Below, piece after piece: positions 1-12,417 of a DNA stretch of 64,000 nucleotides. Positions within the stretch are counted from its first letter, which is position 1. Every line of letters begins with the position of its first letter. The position numbers and the translations under genes are program-made. This DNA is from Rotaria socialis. Its lineage: Eukaryota. The notes beneath the pieces are model-generated. The model saw only the letters and a list, made by a program, of their open reading frames with translations. It made no database searches and was not told the origin of the DNA. The stretch is from assembly GCA_905331295.1 (NCBI GenBank), contig CAJNYD010000006.1, positions 1 through 64,000 of the forward strand. The letters are read 5' to 3'.

Positions 1-455
1 TTTGGGAAACCTCTAAACTACTGGCTATTTGAAACATATCTAGGTAATTTGGTTTCTGGATATAGTTTTTATACATTTTAAGACCTTTTTCAGGCAATGT
101 TTCGTTAGAAAACTGGGATTTGGTTCAAAACTAATATCAGATTCGGAATCAGCGTTAAAAACTGAGTAGATTTATATATTTTGTGGATAATTCTGAGAAT
201 TGTTTTTTTGAAAAATCCCAGCATTCGTCCCCCCCCTCAGGGATGGTCTGGTCAAAATTGACAGTTTTTTCGATAACTCAGCCATTTCTTGACGGATCCT
301 TCTCATCTTCGAACTCGACCGAGATATTGATGAGAAAATTCTGTGCACAAAATTTCAGCTCAATCGGATGTAATTGTGAATAGTTATCGTGCACACGGCC
401 GGCCGGACACACTGACCGATTTTAGAGTGTACTCACTTTTTGAGTACACAATAAA
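1..455 (+). mobile_element. 3' part of a Helentron/HINE (DINE-1-like) non-autonomous element; left boundary outside the window or uncertain
   Basis: Perfect subterminal hairpin GTGTACTCA-ctttt-TGAGTACAC at 427-449, preceded by a CGGCCGGCCGGACACAC tract; this layout is typical of HINE 3' ends. Confidence 0.45.
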
Positions 456-697
456 AGTTAACCTTCGATTTCAAACCAACTTAAAATGTCCCACTCTAAG
501 ATTCTCGTACTCTACTAAAATTTTCATATAAGAATTCAAGAATATCCTGTAAGATACGATTGAATTAATATATAGGTATGATTTTGATTCGTAGCTCATA
601 CTGACATCAGCGTCTACACCATGAAAACAGTTATTGTGTGAATGCTGATTTTTCCATGAAAAAAAAATCGAAATAAAACGATCTCACTGTTGTTTAT

Positions 698-850
698 ACG
701 TTAATGCGTTAATTTCTAATAAATTAACGGTTAAGTAAAAACCGTTAACGTTAAAATTAACGTTAACGTATTCGTTAATATTAACGGTTAATGCTTTTAG
801 TTAATTAACGCCGTTAATTAACTCGAATTAAATTAAATGGTCCACTCCTA
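698..850. mobile_element. One end of an AT-rich (TTAAC-repeat) hAT-like MITE
   Basis: Ends in AAATGGTCCACTCCTA, the exact reverse complement of the 16-bp terminus at 13049; interior is TTAAC/TTAAT repeats; followed by a CCCAC-rich tract. Confidence 0.6.
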
Positions 851-1112
851 CCCACGCATACACCCACACTCACATCTACACCCCACACCCCACACCCTTG
901 TGACGCGACGTATTATTGGCCATCGAACATCGTTTTTTTTATTTGCTTTTTCGGGGCGAATTTATCGTCGTTGGATATTTCAATATAACTGAAAAAATTA
1001 CCAGTCGTTTTCAGTGGTTGTCAACGAAGTATAAAAATACTATCATTGCCATATTTCTGTCTACTTTCTTTTAATTCATCATTTTTTGAAAGTCTGAGCG
1101 TATCCAAATTTG

Positions 1113-4100
1113 ATGGCAACGTCTTATGCAAACCCTGATTCTCAACAAAATGAATACAATGCAGCTGATGTCCATATCGATGATCATCATGAATTGATTC
1201 AACAGATTGATACAGAAATCAAAGATCTTACTAAACAGCAACAACTCGATAAAGAAAAAGAAAACAAATTGCAGAGATATATTAATGAATTGAAACAACA
1301 AGCCCAACAATGCGAAAATGAAATAAAAAAGTTTGAGGAAGAAGTAAAACGTATGACTGCTGAAATAGAACGACTGGAACAAGAATTAGATGCTATAAAA
1401 GATGAACAGCAACGTTTACAAAATGAAATTCAACTGAAAGAGCAAGAACGAGATCGTTTAGAACAAAAATTTCGAATAGAAAAACAACGTCTCGAGCAAT
1501 TGCAAGATCAACTTCAAAAATTAGAAGACGCAAAGCAAGTACTTGAAGAACAACGTGAACGTTTGGAAGAATTACGTCAACAAATAGAACGAGAACTAGA
1601 AGAGGTCAATCGCCAAGTACAACAAATAGAACATCAAATACAAGAACTGCAAGCTCGTATTGAACGCTTGCAAGAAGAAATCCGACAATTACAGCTTGAA
1701 ATTCAACGTATCGAAAGACAAATGCAAGATTTAGAAATTGAATTGGCAAGAATAGAGCAAAAACTCGAAGAAACCGAAAGAAAACTTCAAGAATGTCAAC
1801 AAAATATGGATGAAATTAATGAAAAAATTAATCAAATCGAAGATATGATTAAAAGGATTGAACAAGCCATAGAGATGAAACGTAATAGAAAACAAGAATT
1901 GGCGACATACAAACTCGACTTACAACAGAAACTAGTGGAAGCTATATCCAAGATGGTTCAAATCCAAATACAAGTCGCATTACTACAACAGCAAATTACC
2001 CAAGGAAAAGAACAAATTAATCAACTCAAGCGCACTTTAGAAACTTTAAAACACACTGTTCAAAAACTTGAAAATCAAATGAGATCATTGGAAAAAGAAT
2101 TTAAAATTTTAGAGTAAGTTATTTTATGGTGTTTCATTTTATTATACTTCCTCTAACAAGCTTGTCATGGATTTTCTAAGAGATAGAAAATATTTTTTGT
2201 GAAACACGATCTGAAAGGAGTGTTGAAGTATATAGGGTAGAAATTTGGACCCACGCCCGCTCCCCCCCCCCCGGGNNNNNNNNNNTCTCAATTCTCGGTA
2301 ACAGTCTGTGATGGTTTTCGAATTCTCTATCACGGTCTGTGATGGTTTCTAGAGAGTCCATACATCATAATACAGACCGTAATAGAGAAGCTCCACAGAC
2401 CACCAGTGACAGTAATAGACGAATTCCAGAAAAGAAGTTTCAACGTGTTTCACACTTTTAATCCCAAAGGGATTGTGCTAACAGCTTTTTCCAAATAGAT
2501 CATACGATTTTTGTCATGTCTTTTTTAGGAGCAAAATTAAAGAAAAAGAAAGCGAACTCAACTCATTGAAAAATGACTTAAAGAAGGTCGATGAACAACT
2601 TCAACGGGAGAAAAATGACTTGGCAAAAGTTGAAAATGAGAAAAAAACAACCGAAAATCGAATAAACACTCTGGATAGAGAAATTAAAGATTTGACTGGG
2701 CAACTAAACAAATTGACAAAGGAGCGAAGCGATTGCGAAGAACAACTAGAGAAGGAAAAGAATACACTGAATGAATATGAAAAAGAACTAAAAACCGAAG
2801 AAACGAAACAAAGTCAAGCTGAACAAGAAGTTAGAAATCAAGAACAAGTGGTACGCACAGCTGAAGCAAAGCTCAGACAATGTAAATTAGAAGAGCAGGC
2901 TGCTAAAGCTGCAGAGGCACAAGCTAAAATCGACGTACAAATGGCACAGACTGCATTAGCTGAAGCTGAAGCGGAACTATTAATTGCTGAGGCAGAATTA
3001 GCTGCAGCCACAGCTGCCAGTGTTGTTGTACCAGCAACTGTAGCTGCAGCAAAGGCTCATTTGGCGACATGCAAATCGAGAGTAACTAAAAATAAAACAA
3101 CTTTAACAACGTGTAAGACAACACTAAAAGCATGTACTGAAAAGCGTAGAATTGCAGAAAATAACCGAACTCAAGCAAATAGCGAACTCACAAATGCACG
3201 ACAAGCATTGCAGACTAAAAACGATCAACTCAAACAACAAAAAGACAAAGTTCAACAAACAAAACAGAAAATTGAACAGCAAAATAATACTATAGAAGTC
3301 ACTGGAAAAAAACTCGACGATTTACGAAAAGAATGTAAAAAGGTTGAAACGGAATTGAAAGCAAAAGAAAAAACGTTGGCAAACGAGAAGCAAAATCTTG
3401 AAAAGCAAAATCGTCAAATTGATAAATTAAAAACCGAAGTAAAAAAGTCGGAAGACCAAAAGACTACATTGACTAATAAACAGAATCAAGTAGAAAAGGA
3501 ATTGAAAGATTTTGGTCAGAAAGAAACAGAAAATGAACAAAAAAGAACACAAACAAAAAATGAACTAACTAACGCTCAAAATGAACAAAAAACAAAAACG
3601 GATGAATTAAAAACAAAACAAGAAAATCTGAAAAAACAAGAAACAGATTTACGTGAGAAAAATCAACAAATGATGAAAGCACAGAATGAAGCTCAAAATA
3701 TCGAAGAGAATATTAAGATGTGCAATAAATCAATTCAAGAATTAGAAGCCGACAAACGAGAAGAAGAGAAAAAAATGCGAAGAGCACAACAAGAAAAATC
3801 GAATGCAGAGAAGGAATTATCAAAACTAGAGAATCAATCAGAAAGCCTTGAACAGGAACAACGACGATGTGAATCGGAATTGAAGCGTTTAAACGATGAG
3901 CTACGAAGTAAACATCAAGTGCTAGATGGTAAAGAAGTTCAAATGTCAAATTATGAATCACAACTGGGACATCGAGAAAACAAATTATCATCGAAAAAAC
4001 AGGAACGGTTAGAAAAACAACAACAACTAGATAGTGTTAAAGCGCAATTAACTCAAAATCGACAACAAATAAACGGTATTGAAAGAAAAATGGTCAGTCT

Positions 4101-4545
4101 TAATCGAGAGATACAACAACAGGAGCTAGTTAAATCAGATGCTGAGCGCCGATTGCATGAATCTGAAAATGATATCCGCAGCAAACAAACTGAGCTTAAC
4201 CGCTGCCAAAAGAATTTAAATGATAAACAACGAACATATGACGGCATTAAAAGTAAATATGAAAAAAAATCACAACGTATTCAACAACAAACCGATCTGA
4301 AAGCTAGTATCGATGAAAACATCAACCGTGCTAATGCAGAGTTTGTAAATGTACGTCGGAATATTGGTGACCGAGCTTTGGATCTCAATAGTAAGAATCG
4401 ACAAATAAAAATAGCTAAAGAGAAAGTATCCAATAATTCGATGAATATAATCAAACAGAATCGTCCACATGTTGATGAAAATTTTGAGCGCGACTATTCG
4501 CCTGTACATATTAATCAACATCAGCACAATACAGCAACAGGTTAA
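1113..4545 (+). CDS. ~1005-aa long coiled-coil protein; exons 1113-2113 and 2529-4545
   Basis: Two E/Q/K-rich heptad ORFs join in frame through a GA|gtaagt donor (2114) and a ttttttag|G acceptor (2528); total 3018 nt. No globular domain recognised. Confidence 0.85.
2195..2490 (+). mobile_element. HINE/Helentron-like non-autonomous element inside the coiled-coil gene intron (contains an N gap)
   Basis: Subterminal inverted repeat GTGAAACACG...CGTGTTTCAC, then hairpin AATCCC-aaa-GGGATT, T-rich flanks. The 5' end recurs at 51219-51280 and the 3' end (reverse) at 54143-54312. Confidence 0.7.
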
Positions 4546-6352
4546 AACTCAAAGAAATACGCTAAGAAAATAATTCGATACTATTACTGTTTCTTATTCA
4601 CAGATAATCTAGATACATGTAGCTGCACACTCCGGTGTTGCTAGTTCTGTCTCTTTTGAACTTTTCTTCATTTTCTATGATTCTTTAAGTATATATAAAT
4701 CTTCATTGCTTTTGAATATATTTGCGGGCGTGTGCCAAGCTGCCATGGCATATATTGCGATCTTGCTTAAAGATCGAATTATATGGTAATAACTCTATAT
4801 GATTCTAATAAAATTCAACAAACAGCCAAGCGCCAACCGTCCAAGATAGATGTTTCAATATTGAGAGTGGTAGATAGTAGTGTGTCTAAATCAATGTGAA
4901 ACAGATCGATTTATACCTCTTAACGAAAAGACAAATTCAATCCACTAGTTTCAACTTTTACTTTTCAGCAATCGATCTAGTAAAAAATGCAGCAGCTTTT
5001 TAATGGAAATCGTGAACGTCCAAGTTGTTTTGACTCTACAGAATTGATGTATTATCAGAGCAGAAAACTTCATATTAAATATTCGTATAAGTAGAACGAA
5101 AGAAAAAATGAAATGGCTAGCGCTGGAAAATAAACGATTCTTCAATATCAATCAAGATAATGCACTGAAATACAGCTGGTCTAGCATGAATATCAAACTG
5201 CCCGTCTTTTTGTCGATGGTACTAACAACTGCGATCCGTGCATTGGCATATAATCGATGATGAGTTTGTGGGCGAAAGCAACACTCACACCCTCGAATTC
5301 CCATAGTATCTCCTCCGATAAATCATTTCATTCTACCATGATAAAGAAAAGGATATTATTCAAAACGCATCCAAGAATCAACTGTCAACATGGTTCCATC
5401 ATTCTCTGATTGTTTAAAGTTTATACATCATATTATTATATCTCAAATACTACAGAATTGAAATTCTTTTGACCTTTTGGAGTGTTGTCAGTACATAGAC
5501 TTGTTAAGAAATAGAAAAGATCAAGTTTATAAGAGATAATAAGAGGAGCACAACAATAAAATTATAAAAAAATGAGAATTGCCATAGTCCGAAAGTGAAT
5601 TGAAGATCTTACATAGTTACATTAATAAAACATCAGAATCTTTAGAAGAAAAAATGTTTTTTGCCAAAAGTTTCTTCTTATCGAGTCTAAACACGAACGA
5701 TAAAGTAAACGATGTAAGAAATTGATTAGTTATAACTGATAGCGAGAGAAAGTTATGTATGGTCTTACGTCACTTCTTTGTAATTAAATATTCTGTGTTA
5801 TTCTTTTGTATCAACAAGAAAGAAAAGAAAAGTCTAATTCAACACATTTTATGTTTCTTTGATATTACCTGCTTTAATGTTATAACTATGCCTTTGACTT
5901 CCAAAACAGTTCGTCACGATTATCCCAACCCACAAAATTTTTTTTTTTATGATTCCGGCCTAATCGTAGTCCTGATTCGGAGTTCGACATAAGAATGCAA
6001 CGAGGGCCATATTCTCGCCAAATACTCACTATCATTTTGAAACTAACTAACTGCTTTTGACTGTAATCTTGAGGGTGGTTGTTTCTCCAATCAACAGCCC
6101 ACACATCCTCAACATTAAAAATAAGTTGTGTATATATTTTTTTTATGACCACTAATTCAAGATGATGCTGCACTCCTTCTGTAAGAGCGGTCACAGTTGA
6201 TTAACATTGTTTTATTTATTTATACTGATTGGACAAAAAAACATTGTTCCGTTCATAAAAAGTCACTTACTCACGTGTGTTAAACTTATATAGATATATA
6301 GACAGCAGTATTATTCAATCATATAAAAGTTTAATCTTTATTTTTCTTTACG

Positions 6353-8700
6353 ATGCTACAAACTTGATCACATGTCGAATGAAGTGATCCTTTGTGTTTG
6401 GAATCATTTAACATCTGCAGACGTCACTTACAGTTTCTCGAATCTTAATACTAGCTTCAATTTGTTACTGATAGAATTTCATGGACTTTACAAAAAATTG
6501 GATTTACGCCATTGTTCATTATCAGAGTGTCGATTCTTTTGTCGCCAAGTAACGACCATGATAGAATGGCGTCTTGACTTAACTGTTCTTAAAATAGGTA
6601 ATCGTTATCGATACTCTCAAACGGATATGTTTGCAGACGAAATACGACAATCAATTGTTGCAATTCATTTTGCTAGGTCAGGAATAGCATGTAGTAATCC
6701 ATCGAAAGATATCTTCCATATCTTAATGATATATATCAAGTCTATAGAACCGATATTTCCTCAACTCGCTTCTCTCGTTGTTTTCCAATCATTATTAACT
6801 AGTGAAGAAGGTTTTGAACTTAAATATGAACATACAATTATGAATGCCTACGTTCCCCATTGTTCTCTCATCTCCATCACAATTAACGTTCCCAACTTAA
6901 CTACACTTCATGTACTTCTTCATTATCTTCCACAACTTGAATATGTAGGTAAGAAACAAAATTTTATACATCTTCATCTACTTTGAGATAAGTATAAAGA
7001 GCTAAATGTGCATTTTTTTTTATTTCAAGATGTATATATTACCGACGTTATTTATTCAATGAAAACTAATGATGAAGATCTACCAACAAAATTAGATTAT
7101 CCGAAAAAATTGCGCGTGCTTCATTTAAGATTGCGGGACCAAATTGCAATTGTCTTAAGCAATTATCCGATAAATTCGCTAAGACGTTAGTAGAGTTTTC
7201 TTTGTTTTTAACTCATTATTGTAATGGCGAACATGATATATGTTTCGATGATTATCGTCTTGCTACTCTTTGCAGTGGATTATCTCATTTGCGATCACTC
7301 CATTTTGGTATTCAACTGCAGTTCATAGAACCACCAAGCAGTCAAACATTGTCTGATTTCATTCAAGCTTTTAGTACACCTTTTTGGCTCAATGGACCTT
7401 TGAGGTGTACACGAGTGTGTGTAAATTATCATCAAGTATTTCGTCTTGTACAGATGTCCTCTCTTCCATATGTATTTTCTAACAATACTGTGTTTTGTAC
7501 AATCGATCTGATCGATCTACTATTCAATACTAGTGAAGCAGGGAAGATATATCGAATAATTTTCCTATAGCACTTAGATCTCTCTGGTCTGATATGGAAG
7601 CATTGTGCATCTCTTTATTTGAAAAGCAAAAAATACCAACTTCATTTATCCACGCACTTCAATGTCCCTCAAGTCATAGTAAGTTACTCATATTTTCAAG
7701 GTATGTTTGCATTTGTTTTGATTTTATAAATTACCTTTAAAATAAATTATACATATACATCAAATCAATGTAGACTTTTAGAGATATTGCAAAGATTTAT
7801 TTCACAATATCCCACAGTCGATGTTTAGAGCCCGTCAGGTTCAGAAGCTCTTAGAACAATAAATCTTTTGCCTTCGAGACACAAAAAAGAATCCATAACT
7901 TTCATGAGAGTCAGAAAAATAGCGTAGAATCTTGTTCCTTATAATTCTTTCAACGAGTTCCTAAAAGTTGGATAATCACAGTTTCATAAGATTTTTATAA
8001 TGAATGCACAAAGATCGCATTGATTGTTGGCTAACAAAATTTATAAAATTATTGGAAAAATTTTTCTCGTCTCATATCACTTACCATAAAGGGTGTCAAA
8101 TATGAACCATACATTGTTCGAAAGAGGAGGAAAAGTTCTATCTTTAGATAAAAATTTTCCTTCAACATCCTTTTTTCGAAGAGAAACATGGATAAGCATA
8201 AAGTGTCTTTATACTTTTCAGCAATGTCACATCCCTCAGTGAAAATGCTAAGTTTTCTGCCCGAGACATTGGCTTATGAACCATCGAGACAATCTATATC
8301 TCAATACTTTCTTTCGACAGATCGACCGTCTCTATATAGATTGTTTGCCCATTAGCAATATAAATCAAAAAGAAGAAATTATGGCTCCACTTCTTTCTTG
8401 CGTTATTGATAAACAAGATTTTCGCCAATTGCAATGTTTCCGTTTTATTGTGTGTAAAAATATCTCATCAGCATGGCGTAACATTCACAAATGGATCGAT
8501 TTTGTTTTTACACATACTAATCAGCATCAACTTGAATTTTTACGTTTTGATTTTATTGAAAAAGAACAAGAAGTGATTGATATGAAGACAGATGATGAAA
8601 TAATCTCAAGCACTGAACCTTCATGTATTGCTATATTCATCGATTTGTATCAGAGAACCATGTCGCATTTTGGATACACTATAAATAGAAATAACGTATA
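6353..8700 (+). pseudogene. Disrupted gene of the F-box-like N-terminus / degenerate LRR type
   Basis: N-terminal LDHMSNEVILCVWNHL...YSFSNLN resembles a divergent F-box; further coding-like pieces at 7030-7570 and 8276-8700 need frameshifts to join. Confidence 0.5.
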
Positions 8701-9530
8701 TGTAAACAATTTGTCATATTGAAGTTACATCGGGTGATACAGTTAGTTTTGTAATCTAAATACTAAATATTTATGAGTCTAATGAGGATGGTAATAATGC
8801 ACGACCAAAGCTAACTTATTTGTTGGCGACGGTTATTTTTACAACAAAATAACGAATGCATTTGTTTTGATTTATATTCTATCCAGATCAAGATAAATTT
8901 CGAAGTAGATTAGATTTCTGGAATCAGTGTACTCTAATTTTAATTCAAAGTTCAAATGATATTTAACATATAAAATATAGTTTTCAGGAGAAAAAAATCT
9001 TTGTTTCCTCATATCACAGATCAAATGAAGGGATTCTCAAACTCGACTTGGATTAATTTACCTCTCTATCATATTAATAACCCAAGTGGAGCAATCCCAG
9101 ACTTGGATTCTATCGGGAATTCAAATCAGTGCCTGTTTTTGTCGAAAACACCATGAAGTGATAGAACGTTTGAAGCGCTTTCAATGATATATAACTTGTT
9201 GCAAAGATTTACACTGAAATAGCATAAACTACTAAACAATCTTGCTATTCATTTTTCTCAACATCAATTTTTTCACTATCACAGAACATTTCCCGGATCC
9301 GTCTTTCAATATATAGCACTCATTTTTTATGCGAAAGATCATAATTTTCTCTACAAATTCTTCGGATATATTTCTTGAGGTGTGGATATGTATGGGACTT
9401 CGAATACCTTACCTGCCCACATCCTCACCCACACACCATCGCCCTTTGGAAGAATCATAACGGTAAATTGCGATAAGACGCATCTTCTATGTGATACAAT
9501 TAATAAAATTAAAAAGCGGAAGTCTCAAAA

Positions 9531-10308
9531 AGGTTTTATTTTTAAAATGTCTGGATGGCAATATGTAGCTCGATGTCAAGGATTTCGATCATGATAATCT
9601 GGATTGAATCGGCAAGGTTGTCGGTCAGCTCTAGCAACGGGTTGATTAACAGCTGAATGAGAAAATTCCTTACAGTGTTCAGGTCTATTCAAATGTCGGC
9701 AATTTAGACCATAGTAACATTCTTTTTTTTGTTCATCAACTTTATTCGAGCTCGGCATATTTCGAACATTTTGTATTGGTGGATCGATTGAACTTGCTAA
9801 ATGAAAAATGATACGAGAATAGATATTAATTTTGAAAAGTTTCTTCTGTACCTTGCGATTGTTCAGTTCCTCCTGGTTCGTTAATTTTTTCACCATGTGA
9901 ATATCTAGTGAGATGCACTTTCGATTTATTGTGACATCTTTCACTATGACATGGCATGAGGAAAAACGGCCAATCTACATGATGAAATTGTGATCGATGA
10001 ATAGGATCAGTTAAATTCGCACAATTCTTATCGGATGGACAATCAGGTACTTGATGAGGTTCATGTGTTAAATGTTGTTCTGGGTTTTGACAACGATCAG
10101 CAAATCGACATGGATGCCAATATTTTGCATTATGATCAGGTCCATTTTCAGAAGATTGAATAAGACAATGAATACTCGGGATGTGACAATGCCAATACCA
10201 TTTGGTATTGGTGGTACTGGTATTGGTATTGGTCGGTGTTGATGGGTATTGATATTGGTATTGGTATTGTTCACAAAGCTGTTCCGTTAATTTTCGTAGA
10301 GACAGCAT
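9531..10308 (-). pseudogene. Tandem PBZ-like (CCHH) zinc-finger array, disrupted
   Basis: Repeats such as KECYYGLNCRHLNRPEHCKEFSH and CPSDKNCANLTDPIHRSQFHH fit the PAR-binding zinc-finger spacing. Phase-1 intron at 9797-9851; the last finger has a TGA stop; a MITE sits at 10177-10281. Confidence 0.65.
10177..10281. mobile_element. Small MITE remnant (GGGATGTGACAAT terminus, ACCAAT/ATTGGT repeats)
   Basis: Internal inverted ACCAAT/ATTGGT arrays; related termini near 10608, 10728-10771 and 54661. Confidence 0.5.
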
Positions 10309-12019
10309 CTGTTTGAAAGATTCTCGCTTGTCTATTTTGAAAAGATGTACTCAATTTTTTCACAATTAGATCGTCGGAAGATTAACTATATTCTCCGTCC
10401 GGTCATAAATATTGATTTTTCATTAGCAATTTTGTTGTGGTATTAGAAGCAAGTGGCCAACTTCTCCAGAAGCGAGAATCACAGGTTTCTTCTTTTATTA
10501 GCTTTGTTAAACAACGAATAAAACTACGCTTCACAATTCTTTGCTCGAATTTGAAAACACATTTTTCTGGATGTGTCATAGTCAAAGTGAATTGAATTGT
10601 TGTCGATAGAGATGTAACAATACCATTCGGAGGCACAAAGATTTCCAATTTTCACAATGAAAATCAACCAACCTTTATGTGTTTCCAAATGATATTATCA
10701 AATCCCATGACTCAAGCGATTTGAAAATACCAATACCAATATCCCAATATTGTACTAGTATTGTCACCTCCATATTCCCGGTCATGGACCTACTAACGGA
10801 TTCGACGGAGAAAAAGACATTTTCTTAATCACCAATGAATAAGTATATGCTGCCAACAGAACACATGGATCGAATGCTTATGTTCGATTCCGTTAAAATC
10901 CAACACTGGAACCCATCGGATTTCGTCGGTTTAATCAAATCCATACTATATCCGATAAGATTCCCACACGAATTCGGCAGAATCCCACTATCGGAATCAT
11001 TCTCTCGGGAGTGCATTAAATCAGAATTAAATTTTCTATCAATCAAGTGTCTCCATCCAGTATTAACTTTCACAGCGATGATAAAGTTGTAACGGTTTTG
11101 AGTTACTAGTAGTTTATTCTTTCATATATGATGAAAGGATTACAACGAAAATGCGAGCAAAACGATAGGAGAAGAAGATTGACTCCAGAACGACCGATGA
11201 ACAACAGTTGAACAAGGATATTCATATGTGTACGCGAAAGAGAGAGAAAGAGAATAATGGCAACGAGAGGCACTGCTCCCAGGGATGAGTGTATAACAGA
11301 TGAATCCATCACAAAAGTCCTTCGCTCTGCATTTCCTTGACGGCGAGTCACGTTTCTTAATACAGTATTCCCTCTCGCAAGATATTGCAAAACAACTGAT
11401 ATGACATATACAAAAAGAATTGAACACAAAAAAAAAACGACGACTCATTTATATCCGGAAGCACCACTCGTAAAAGGTCTAGATAGCTTATCTCAACCCA
11501 AGTAAAAGCTGTAACATGTATTCCATTCGGCAACACCATAGCCAATCAATATCATCCATTCATCTACATACTATTTAAGCTGTTTTTTACTCGTATTATA
11601 GGTCATTTCAATCAGATCAATACCGGGGAACATTATCCAATACTTCAATGTATTTATAATCATTATCCCCATTAACTTAATTAATTTAATTAACATGCGA
11701 CACCATACACTAGCAGCATCCATAATTTTCAAAGATTTTTCGCTCCGAGCCGCGACGCCAACACCTACCACCCCCGTCACCCACCAGCCCTTTACCCGAC
11801 AACGCATTAAACATTCTTAGCATGAACCGACCACACCTTCACCCTACGACGCCGTACCCAACCAGGCCCAAACTGTAATCTCGGTTACCCTACACATACC
11901 ACGGTTACCACCGGTCCGCTATTGCCATACATTTCCGGTTACTTTCAGCAAAAAACTAAAAACCTCATCTGCTCTTTAGTAACCAAACTCTATTCTTGGA
12001 AAAAAAGCAAACAAACACG

Positions 12020-12417
12020 TTAGTGTAGATCACACAAGCATACATGATAAAGATAATAACGATGACGATCATCACGATCATAATCATAACGATCATAACG
12101 ACGATAATAATCATAATCATCATCATAACGAAGAAGATAATAATCACGATCACGATAATAATCACGATCATAAAGAAGATAATAATCACGATCATAAAGA
12201 AGACAGGTTGCACCATCACGCTTGATAAAAAGCTTGTAATCACCACCGCTCCAACGCTTCCAATCTTCATTTTTCCAATTGTTGAAATTGCGCACCCAAT
12301 TCCATTGGTCGTGATTGCCAGTAAACTGCCAATCACGACATTTGTGACATTTGGCGCAAGGACGACCTTTACAACGCAATTCGTTGCATGTGCCAGGTGC
12401 AGCAAATTCTCCGGGTA
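12020..12417 (-). CDS. Terminal exon: Cys/Trp-rich domain with an Arg-Asp-Tyr low-complexity insert
   Basis: Acceptor ttttcatttag, then (V)PGEFAAPGTCNELRCKGRPCAKCHKCRDW...RDGATC-(YDRDYY)n-HVCLCDLH*. Confidence 0.7.

Noticed and set aside
1113..4545. Annotation as SMC, myosin or tropomyosin
   Set aside because: No Walker motifs, hinge or motor domain; any similarity would be compositional only.
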